Assembly: GCA_965644295.1 (NCBI GenBank)
Contig: CBFFRP010000456.1
Span: 1 to 15,007 of the forward strand
Length of the DNA: 15,007 nucleotides
Reading direction: 5' to 3'
Origin: Paraphysomonas bandaiensis
Taxonomy: Eukaryota > Protista > Chrysophyceae
Part shown: positions 1-9,797 of the stretch, piece by piece
Layout: each line of letters begins with the position of its first letter
How positions within the stretch are numbered: the stretch's first letter is position 1
Translations under genes and position numbers: made by a program
Notes under the pieces: generated by a model
Databases searched by the model: none
What the model was told of the DNA's origin: nothing
What the model saw: the letters and a program-made list of their open reading frames with translations, nothing else

Positions 1-314
1 TATACTAAAGATATGTGTCTATCCAAGTTAAAATTTATTAGTTAAAGTGTTACACAACAGCCTCTTTTTCAGCAACCTTAAAACTAAGCTTGAATCTTGA
101 TTGGAAAGAGAACAGCAAGCGCTACCAAAGGAGTATCTACAAGGCACAGAGGGGTCGGGAAAGCGCGTGATTGCACAGAATTGGCGAAAGATCCTATATG
201 ATATATGCTACCTGGAAAATGTACCAGCGGGCCTACACTACGTCTACGTTCTCGGAATGAGGACATACTCTTGATGTATTTGCTTTCGATATATAACGAA
301 GCCACTCGCATCGA

Positions 315-2226
315 TCACAAATTCTTTTTAAATTGAGAAAACGAATTGCGGACTGCAGTGACAACTGGAAACCCAATGTACCCTGCAGATGCGAGACATA
401 TTGCAAGCAGCACGCCACGCACCCAGTCTTCGGATTTTTCTTTGCCTTGGATAGCATACCAATCTTGTCCATCGTCCAGTATACCAAGAATATAAAAATA
501 ATCCTTGTGTATCATGTTTTCGCGAGAAATATAAACATTCCGACTCAGTCCGCTCCAGTCAGTTGCAACTACGTCCGACGGCCCGTATGCCTGATGTACT
601 CCAATAGAGAGATGCTGAGTAGGCTCGCCAAATATAGCCATGGCAGTAAGGAATGAAAAGTGAGCAAGCACTAATACCGTCAGTACACGACTGCATCGAA
701 TAGAAAATCGCTGGGCACCGCCAACGCACAGTGTGTTGGTCGCGGCAGCATATATACAAACAGCTACATACGCCAATAAGGTGCAGCAGAGCATGGTCGT
801 ATTAGGTGGGTGTAACAACGGCGGTAAAGTTTGAGACACCATTATTTGTATAGTCATCATATGCAGCATCATCATTGGCACAGATAATATACACACAGTT
901 AGAAACATACGAAATAACTGTCCCGTAGTAAAACCTCTTTGCTGGAAACGCGTAGATCCACTGGATTGAAAGTGTGTGGAAGTATTCAAACAGTAATTAA
1001 GTAAAAAAGAAAAGCAACACTGAAAAGTAAGCATCCACATTGTGCTTGCCACTGGTACACCAAGAATTCGAGGAATAGTGTTGTTGTCTGAGTCGTGCCA
1101 TCTGCATATAACACGGCATCAGTAGCGATACGCAGAACATGTGGACATGGCACATGTCACACAGGCATTATAACCCCATGTGACTAATTTAATGCAATAA
1201 ACTTACGTCCACCAAATAAACTTTGCTCCTATAATATCAAAAGGCCAATAGAAGAGACAACCAAGCAATGCTGTGGTAATTGGAATGACCCAATGTGATA
1301 ATCGTAACTGCCATATATATGCAGATGGGACATAGAGGACTACAATGTATACGAACCCAATATACAGTGGGAGGCGATTGGTTAGCATAAAGGTTGCTTG
1401 GGCGTGCCTACAGGGAATACATAAGAGGAATACATGTATAGTGCATTACATCTACAGATAGAAGTGCTGCCATAGATATATACATACATGACTATAGTAT
1501 AGCATAGTAGGCCTATATAAGAGTATATACGACTACAGTATCGTGTATTATATATGAGTATATGCAAGTATAGTATAGTCTAGATATTACATGTACGTAC
1601 AGTGTATATGAGTATACTAGAGTACACATGAGTAGACGTATAGCATAGTCCATATATAAGCGTGTATGAGTATAGTATAGCTATATATAAGTACAGTGCA
1701 TACGAGTGTACTATCGCATAGTATACATGCGTAGAAGTATAGTAGTATAGTATATATGTATATATTCATATGATAATTCATGTACTAGAAGTGAAGATAC
1801 ATGAATTTACAACTACATATATGAGTATCTACAGCTCTATATAAGTACAGTGCATATGACTATAGTATACTACACATCAATACACGTCTTGTGCATATGA
1901 GTATGAATTGAACCGTATACATGAGTATAGTATAGTGTAGTATATATGTATATATTCATATGATAATTCACGTACCAGAAGTTATCTACTAGAGGAAGAT
2001 ACATGAATATATTCTCATTTGCAATTCCAGTAAACAATGCACAAAAAAACAACAAAATATGTTTTTGTTTTTGTATATGATCATATCGACTTGATGCATG
2101 TATAAAGCACATAAGTGCCATAGAAGCCCATATAGCCTCACATAGAGGATATGAAGGCATCCTGTGAACCACTGTAGGGTCAAAATGATGGAAGGATGAG
2201 GTAACAGCAGCGAATGAGACTGGCAT
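315..2226 (-). CDS. Uncharacterised multi-pass membrane protein, 3 exons (2226-1976, 1407-1207, 1101-315), ~412 aa
   Basis: ATG at 2226. GT-AG introns 1975-1408 and 1206-1102 join three ORF pieces in frame (total 1239 nt): ...VDNFW|HAQATFMLTNRLPLYI...PFDIIGAKFIWWT|WHDSDNNTIPRILGVPVASTMW... Many hydrophobic segments. The D...WxW...GVP...W pattern loosely recalls CruF/DUF422-like membrane proteins; family not verified. Confidence 0.8.
1420..1975. repeat. Low-complexity TATAG/GAGTA-rich intronic repeats, including a decayed copy of the exon1/intron1 boundary
   Basis: Recurrent gagtatagtatag-type units. ~1747-1805 resembles ~1938-2005 (tagtatatatgtatatattcatatgataattca..ta..agaagt..gaagatacatgaat). 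Confidence 0.6.
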
Positions 2227-2288
2227 GAGGTGAATCGGGGGGTGTATTGAATGATGTGTGATTATGTTTAGATATAACAGTAATATCC

Positions 2289-2539
2289 ATGTATGTATGT
2301 ATGTATGTATGTATGTATGTATGTATGTATGTATGTATGTATGTATGTATGTATGTATGTATGTATGTATGTATGTATGTATGTATGTATGTATGTATGT
2401 ATGTATGTATGTATGTATGTATGTATGTATGTATGTATGTATGTATGTATGTATGTATGTATGTATGTATGTATGTATGTATGTATGTATGTATGTATGT
2501 ATGTATGTATGTATGTATGTATGTATGTATGTATGTATG

Positions 2540-2573
<34 letters not shown>

Positions 2574-2594
2574 TGTATGTATGTATGTATGTAT
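2289..2594. repeat. (TATG)n microsatellite, ~76 units
   Basis: Directly visible; one TATA variant near 2541; abuts the element's left end. Confidence 0.98.
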
Positions 2595-2595
2595 C

Positions 2596-2617
2596 TGTTA
2601 CGACCCAAGAGAAAAAT
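2596..2617 (+). repeat. Left terminal inverted repeat
   Basis: TGTTACGACCCAAGAGAAAAAT. Confidence 0.92.
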
Positions 2618-2618
2618 G

Positions 2619-2659
2619 AGCCAGTTGCTCGACTGGCACTGCCAGTCGAGCAACTGGCT
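2619..2659. repeat. Perfect 41-bp subterminal palindrome (20-1-20) with nested sub-palindromes
   Basis: AGCCAGTTGCTCGACTGGCA-C-TGCCAGTCGAGCAACTGGCT; each arm contains GCCAGT-N6-ACTGGC. Confidence 0.92.
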
Positions 2660-5400
2660 TCATGATGATGATGAATCAAGAAGTATACTGAGAATACAAT
2701 TATACGCCTTTATACAGCATGATATCATCAGACAGCATCTCATACTATGATCATAAGAGCCCCTGATTATTAGCCCAGAAGATGCCATTCCAGCATACCA
2801 GCCTTCAGTATCAAGATAGATATCTGTATCCCTCTTCAGTGCTACTTCCTTCTTCATGAGAGCATGAATATGACATATAAGAGTATCTGATTATCACATG
2901 GGAACGGTTGTGACTAGAAGCTATGTATATATCTATAGTCTTACTAACTTGGTTGTCAAGTCATGCCCGGTTTAGCCTTTTACTAAATTTCTTCCCATTG
3001 CATAGGATTTGTCCTAGACGTATACCGTTTCGCATATGCGGTCTGGGAAAGAGATGTAGTGTTAGGGGAGTTATGGGTGCAGATTGGATGGAGTTTGTGT
3101 GGGAGCCTCGTTCCACTGCGTGTCCAATACTGCGGGTCTCGCTGCGTTTGTGTAGCGTACATGCTGTCTCGCTGAGGATGTATTGATGTAGGTCCCATTG
3201 GTGATTGAGGTCTGTAATAACTCCTAGCATTGGACCAATGTCTGTGAGTAAGTTCGCATCGTATCTTCGCCAGTGCTATTGACCCGTGGTGAGGAATTCT
3301 TCCAGCATGTGCGTTACACCAACTGCAGAGTGCTGTTTCCCTGAGGACGTTAGTTGGTCCACTTCCCCATACAGTGGACACGATATCAAGGTAAATAGTG
3401 ACTAAATTACTTATAGCTGATATACTGATGATATTAACTAATGTAGTACTACTGTACAGATGATACTCTGTATTCAATACATATATGATGACAGCGGATA
3501 CTCCTTATAGGCTACTACATCATCAACTGCAGAGTGCTGTGTCCCTCGGGGACGTTAGTTGGTCCACTTCCCCGTACAGTGGGCACAACATCAAGGTAAA
3601 TAGCGACTACATTAGTTATAACTGATATACTAATGATGTTAGTTAATAACGATTTATATATCACTAGTAGCAACTAATATTCATGTTACTTGTAGAAACC
3701 AGCTATCAGGTTATTCTATACTATGAGCTCTCTACTGTATGTGCTTGCGCTTGTACATATTCCATGTTTGAAAGGATACAGTTATTATGAATGTCGACTC
3801 TATGAGTCATGATCTACTCAGTAATATGACTATTATGTGATAAGCTTTATATTGAAATATGCAATGATATAAAACATTTGAACTAGATGTACTTTGCATC
3901 AACTACAATGAAATGCTGAATGTACCTTCCCTTATACATTTATTAGTAAACGACACGAAGTTGTGATAAACAACACAAACTCATTTTGTTTCATGTATAA
4001 TCTCCTACATATGTGAACCTGTCGTTGTTAAACATATCTTGAAAGATCAAACTATTCATCATCAGCATTTGTACATCACTGTACATTCAAGTGACATACT
4101 GAATATACTCGAATAAGATTATATTCTAATAAGTAAGAAGGACCTTTATTAGGATTCAGCTTAAGACAAGATAGTATCTGTGAGTTATAATGTTCAATGA
4201 AATATATCATGCACTGAATTAGAGGGAGTATCTGTTGAAGATACATGATCATCATCATAACGTCGTCATTATCAGTTACACTTCTAACCATTCCGTTGTG
4301 CATGATAGCTATGTTTTATATTGTTATTTATAACTCTCACTTTACAGACTCTGGTATCTCATACTTGTTTAGATGTTATCTATACTCGGTTAAGTAGTAG
4401 TTTACTATGACACAAACTACTTGTTATCAGGGATAGGGAACAATATATTCTTGTATTGGTGGACTGGTCAAATATTCCATCAATATCTAAAGTTGAAATA
4501 TCTAAGTACAGGTGCACGAGTCAGCCATGTAGTATGTAGTTGACAGTTGTGGCCGGATGCAAGCATATTTCAATCAGTATTGAATGAATAATGATTATGG
4601 TGATGATGATGTCACCGATGATGGCTCAGAGGATAAGTATGAGGAAACTTTTAATTAGTTAAGAGTAGTGGGTTTGATTATCAAGTGACCTTAGACCTTA
4701 TAATGACAAGTACTAAAAGTGGAAACTACGGATGTGTTTACTTACTGACTAGTCATATACTAATATTGCAATATATTGAAATAGTAATATAGGGCCGGTT
4801 TAAAAAATCCATCAATACTATTGATGGAACGCTATCTAACAATAGTATTGCAATATATTGTTCCATATCCCTGCTTGTTACAGCACGCAACCAAAGTACT
4901 TTTGTGGCCCGTAGTTACAGAGAAATCCATTCTTCTTGCATACACATTTATTAGTATTGCACTTACCCTTCCAACTACATTTACAGAGAAATCAGATGGG
5001 AAAACTAATCGCATCAACTTGATGTGGGTTAGTTAAAACAACACTACCCACCTGTACATTCCTCTGATTCATGATCCTCGATATCATTAATCATTAATCA
5101 TACATACCGTAGCTACAAGCTCTTCTAAATCCTCTTCTGTTTGGTTTTTTTTGCTATGAGTAGATCACTAAGACCTCTTCTAGGATGTTGTCCAAACAGC
5201 AGCATGTGAGGAGTAGATTTTATTCTGGAGTGGTGCCTGCTGCCCTTTTGGAACTGCTATTTAGATAGGCCTCTACGCATTCCGATAGAACAATATTTTC
5301 TGTAGAGACAGTGCTCCCTGATGATACAATATCAACCGTCGTTGATACAATGGTATATATTGATCATATATTAGTATCATGCTGTTGCATCGATAATCAT
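2660..5400 (-). pseudogene. Possible decayed cargo gene(s) inside the element; product unidentifiable
   Basis: Short minus-strand ORFs in shifting frames (2660-2857, 2961-3230, 2983-3477, 4832-5017) and an intron-like gtatgt...atcag near 5107-5064. No recognisable motif. Confidence 0.25.
3320..3647. repeat. Diverged direct repeat, ~124 bp x2 (~3320-3443 and ~3524-3647)
   Basis: Both copies begin caactgcagagtgctgt...ggacgttagttggtccacttcccc; differences are mostly transitions. Confidence 0.85.
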
Positions 5401-5449
5401 CAGCTATATCTTACATGTGGGTGGAATGAAAAAAAACACGGCTGGATAA

Positions 5450-5568
5450 ATGAACTGGCACTGCCAGTTCATCGACTGGCTCATTTCAGCGACGGGTTTT
5501 TAGGTGCAAGGAAAAAACGACCAGTCGCTCGACTGGCAGTGCCAGTCGAGCGACTGGCTCATTTTTCT
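5450..5568. repeat. Two internal palindromes (5450-5472; 5521-5557); 5521-5568 is an inverted copy of 2610-2657
   Basis: ATGAACTGGCA-C-TGCCAGTTCAT and CCAGTCGCTCGACTGGCA-G-TGCCAGTCGAGCGACTGG. 46/48 match to the left subterminal region in opposite orientation. Confidence 0.9.
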
Positions 5569-5722
5569 GTAAAATGTGGAAGGTACCGTACTCAAGCCCG
5601 CACCATAATGGTGTGGAACTATATAAGTGGTGATGATGAGTGACCAGTGGTATGTATGGTGTTGCTGGTGAGTAATAGATCCAGGGAGGTGGGTGTTGAA
5701 GGAGGAGCTCTCTCATCACAGC

Positions 5723-7916
5723 ATGGTATCATACATACAGAACATAATAACAGCGAGAACATATCATAGTAGCATGGAATCAACTACCACGGAATCAACT
5801 ACCACGGAATCAACTACCACGGAATCAACTACCACGGAATCAACTACCACAGGGGGCATTAGAAAAGTCGGTGATGGGGAAACCAAAAATCGTAACTCCT
5901 CTGCGTTAGCTCAGTTTGCGAAGTACTTGGAGATGCGGTTCGACGGGAAGAAGAGGTATAAGGAACTCATAGACAGTGATATAAATGTAGAACTATTTCA
6001 ATGTTTCGGTGGCTTTTTGATCGATCACGCCGTCCATGGAACAACGAAGAAGCCTTTGACCCTAGGTACTGCTTGGCAGTATTTGTCAGACACGAAGACT
6101 GCGCTGACGAAGCGATTTAAAAGAAATGAGTTATTAAGCAGCTCCAATGAGCTGTGGTACAAAGATGTGAGAGCGGCAGTATCAAAGCATATTATCAAGC
6201 GGTGTATCGCACAAGGAGTGCGTATATCAGAGAAAACAAGTCCAGTGGGGAAAGAACTAATGAAGCGCATAGGTGAATACATTATACATCGGGCATCTGA
6301 TTTCTCCGGTAAGTGGACATACTTCACATATCTATGATTTACTGTATGCTAATAAACTTTATTTAGAAGTGAAGAAGTATTCATTGTACAATCTCTATTT
6401 GGTTTTCACGTTTGCTGCTGTTGGTCGGGTGTCTGAAGCAATGTTTGCTTCGTATAATAATGCAATGTGGCACTGCGATGGATACTTAACGTTTGATTGG
6501 ACAGAATTGAAGGTGGCTTCTATCAAAACAATGAACTTTTTTCCCGACTACTCTTGTCTAGAGACTTGTGTTTTCTTCGCTTATTCAATGTACTGGATGT
6601 CCTGTACTGCAGCAGATCTCAACGGTGACTTCGTCTTTCCAGATCTAGCATTGACTACATCAAGCGCTAGTCAATTTGTTTCTAAGCTACTAAAACAAAT
6701 GATCGGGAAGGTACCTGGAGTTACAAAGGAAACAACAGGCAAGGGTCTTAGAGTCGGGGCTGCAACTGACATAGCCAGTAGTCAGTCAGGCGGCATCTTC
6801 CATGCGATTATGCGTGGAGGATGGGACTTCTCCGGAGAGTGCAGCATTTTTGAGTATATCATGGGACTAGATGTCACTATTGCTGTGGGTGGAAAAATTT
6901 TAAGTGGCTACTCTAATCCCAGGAATAAGATATATCCACCCGAGTGTGTATTTATCAACAATGGAAACCGAGAACAAGTGATGGCGTTAATCGAAACATG
7001 TTATCCACTCACTTACCCAGAATTTGGGGTTGATGGCTGTCTATTTCAATTTAAACTCTCTGTGTTTGCTACATTCCTTATGAGGTTACCATCATTTGTT
7101 TCTAAATACACGGCACAACATGCAGTGGTTTGTAAATTCAAGCACAACATGATGCGCCACCATTTCACTTGGAATGACATAATGCAATGGAGTGCTGCGA
7201 TTGAGGAGGAATGGCTTCGCCTTAATTTTGTAGACACAAGAAATGTAGACGAAATTTACCAGGAGAATCGCATTCTTCGAGACCAAATACAACAGCTTCA
7301 TAGAAAGTGTGACACCCAAACTATTGCAATAGCTGATCTGCACAAGAAATTAGACACTGCTGTGGCTGATATTCTAGAAGGCTTGAAAAATATTCCAACG
7401 GATACCACTATACCAACTTCAGAGACTGTATCACGGATACCTACATCGCCTACAGTCTTGCCTCCGATTACTGAAGGACCTTCCAAAGGTCCATCCACTA
7501 CTACGACAAATGTTTTTCAATACATGAGAGTTAACATGCAGCGCATGCCCCATATATCCTTCATTCAATATAAAACTCTCGAAAAATTATGCTTATCAAC
7601 AGTTATTATTGACTATTTTGATTATGAATTACATGAAATTGTAGGAAAGAGATACCCTATGGTAGACAACGTCAACAAACAGAAAAAACTAAATCGAGTA
7701 TTGACTAAAGGACTCGGCCTATTGTACGATGACGAGAAACGTTTTCTTGATGAGCCGAAACCCTGTATGGCAAGTCAGTCTACTTCGTACAGAGAATGGA
7801 AGAGTAATTTAAAATGCATAGCTGAAAAGGTTGAATTGCGTGTTATTGTTGATTTATTTGGTCAGGAAAATTACGACAAGTTTCACCCCAAAAAAAAGCC
7901 TCTAAGAAATACATAA
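5723..7916 (+). CDS. Tyrosine recombinase, Crypton-like; exons 5723-6308 and 6367-7916, ~711 aa
   Basis: 58-nt intron 6309-6366 (gtaagt...tgctaat...tttag) joins the two ORFs in frame (ASDFS|EVKKY). YR-type motifs: FAAVGRVSE (R, 6426), ELK, TGKGLRVGAA (K-x-x-R, 6741-6752), RGGW (W, 6822), IFEYI (Y, 6855). N-terminal helical core-binding-like region (TAWQYLSDTK) and a C-terminal coiled coil. The start could instead be ATG 5774. Confidence 0.85.
5776..5850 (+). repeat. 15-bp tandem repeat x5 encoding (ESTTT)5 at the recombinase N-terminus
   Basis: GGAATCAACTACCAC, five perfect copies. Confidence 0.95.
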
Positions 7917-7993
7917 ACAGTATATATGATGCAATGAGTGCACGAAGGGACAGTGATGGTAACATTATTCCAAGGACAAAGAAAAGGAAACTT

Positions 7994-8927
7994 CAGTCTG
8001 ATGTTAGTAATCTGTAGAATGCCAATATATGTATTCATTTATAACCACTCCATCAACTTTTTATAATGTACCCTTATAATTAATGATTCATTAGTAATTG
8101 GAATACATCGTATCATTATTTACAGAGCATACAACAGTATAATCAACCATTACAGCGTTCAGCATTTTATTATTCGACACAGTCTGATGTTAGTAATCTG
8201 TAGAATGCCTATATGTATTCATTTATAACCACTCCATCAACTTTTTATAATGTACCCTTATAATTAATGATTCATTAGTAATTGGAATACATCGTATCAT
8301 TATTTACAGAGCATACAACAGTATAATCAACCATTACAGCGTGCAGCATTTTATTATTCGACACAGTCTGATGTTAGTAATCTGTAGAATGCCTATATGT
8401 ATTCATTTATAACCACTCCATCAACTTTTTATACTGTACCCTTATAATTAATGATTCATTAGTAATTGGAATACATCGTATCATTATTTACAGAGCATAC
8501 AACAGTATAATCAACCATCACAGCGTTCAGCATTTTATTATTCCACACCGTTCAGAATTCTTATCACATACAGCCATACTGCATACCCTTACACAACATG
8601 ACACATATTCACTGCAAGATGGAACAGGGGCAGCCGGGCGCTTGTGTCGCTTAGGCATCCCTCTTGCACCGGTAAGTATAAACGTCATTGCGCCTACAAC
8701 AGCATAATAAACCATCACAGCCTTCAGCATTTTATTATTCCACACCGTTCAGAATTCTTATCACATACAGCCATACTGCATACCCTTACACAACATGACA
8801 CATATTCACTGCAAGATGGTACAGGGGCAGCCGGGCGCTTGTGTCGCTTAGGCATCCCTCTTGCACCGGTAAGTATAAACGTCATTGCGCCTACAACAGC
8901 ATAATAAACCATGACAACATTCAGCAT
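7994..8927. repeat. Composite tandem array: three ~185-bp units then two 197-bp units, sharing a ~50-bp module
   Basis: cagtctgatgttag starts at 7994, 8180 and 8364. The second unit recurs at 197-bp spacing (8513, 8710, partial 8907). Confidence 0.92.
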
Positions 8928-9379
8928 CTCATATACCATCACACAACATAGTGCATGCATGATATACAGCCTTCTATTCCTTCAAATGTACCACTTCTCA
9001 TCTCTCTGCATACCTGACACTTTAAATAGGATGATGGGAGCATGATGCTCCCACCTGGAATTCAATCATTGATATCCATATCATATCACTTCATACCATA
9101 ATATACAGCCCTTCACAGTTCCTCTCCATACAGCCTTATAAACCTCGTCCAGTAACTGCATATCTCATCTCACAGTTTCATGAAATAAGATGGTAGCAAC
9201 ATGTTATCACCTATCATTCAAGCACTCATTAACGTGTATCTGCTGCATATGGCTGCCTCGTCATATTACTATATACATATACTCGATGCATGTGATATGA
9301 TGCACTATGCTATGATGCACTCTGCTGATTGGATCACTCGATGGGCGCACTTGCTGTGCGGCCTTTGTGTAAAAACAAG

Positions 9380-9408
9380 GGTGCGGGATCCCGCACCTGC
9401 GGTGCGGG
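9380..9408. repeat. Right subterminal GC-rich overlapping palindromes
   Basis: GGTGCGGGATCCCGCACC (9380-9397) overlapping CCCGCACC-TGC-GGTGCGGG (9390-9408). Confidence 0.85.
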
Positions 9409-9415
9409 CTAAATA

Positions 9416-9437
9416 ATTTTTCTCTTGGGTCGTAACA
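9416..9437 (-). repeat. Right terminal inverted repeat
   Basis: ATTTTTCTCTTGGGTCGTAACA, reverse complement of 2596-2617. Confidence 0.92.
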
Positions 9438-9442
9438 TATCC

Positions 9443-9445
<3 letters not shown>

Positions 9446-9475
<30 letters not shown>

Positions 9476-9513
9476 GGTATGTATGTATGTATGTATGTAT
9501 GTATGTATGTATG

Positions 9514-9547
<34 letters not shown>

Positions 9548-9705
9548 TGTATGTATGTATGTATGTATGTATGTATGTATGTATGTATGTATGTATGTAT
9601 GTATGTATGTATGTATGTATGTATGTATGTATGTATGTATGTATGTATGTATGTATGTATGTATGTATGTATGTATGTATGTATGTATGTGTATACGTAT
9701 GTATG
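9446..9705. repeat. (TATG)n microsatellite, ~65 units
   Basis: Directly visible, with TAGG, TATA and TACG variants. Confidence 0.98.
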
Positions 9706-9797
9706 TTAGCGATATGGATATGCATGTTTGTGGCTGTATATATTTATACTATCCAGCCATAAGAACACATTACATCTAGACTCCTCCACACCACACC

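Larger units (their letters stand above)
2596..9437 (+). mobile_element. Tyrosine-recombinase (Crypton-like) DNA transposon with 22-bp TIRs and 4-bp TATC flanking direct repeats, lying between (TATG)n tracts
   Basis: 2596-2617 is the exact reverse complement of 9416-9437. TATC occurs at 2592-2595 and 9438-9441. Microsatellite on both sides; internal YR gene. Confidence 0.85.

Noticed and set aside
73-273. Possible + strand exon (NLKTKLES*LEREQQALPKEY...) after an acceptor-like tttttcag
   Set aside because: In-frame TGA, no recognisable motif, and upstream context lies outside the window.
2180-2750. ORFs of MYVC/YIHT repeats (also 9261-9779)
   Set aside because: They are translations of the stop-free (TATG)n microsatellite, not genes. 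Only 2226-1976 of ORF 1870..2679 is a real exon.
5693-7916. Two separate genes or a frameshifted pseudogene (ORFs 5693..6337 and 6273..7916)
   Set aside because: A canonical 58-nt intron with a branch-point motif joins them in frame.
7994-8927. CRISPR array
   Set aside because: The spacers are ~135-150 bp and themselves duplicated, the context is eukaryotic, and there are no cas genes.
8527-8960. Duplicated small ORFs (…MTFILTGARGMPKRHK…)
   Set aside because: A by-product of the 197-bp tandem repeat; no independent coding evidence.
2596-9437. LTR or DIRS retrotransposon, or an autonomous Ginger element
   Set aside because: TG...CA ends are present, but I see no long terminal repeats, reverse transcriptase, RNase H or DDE integrase. 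A non-autonomous DDE shell around a Crypton is not fully excluded.
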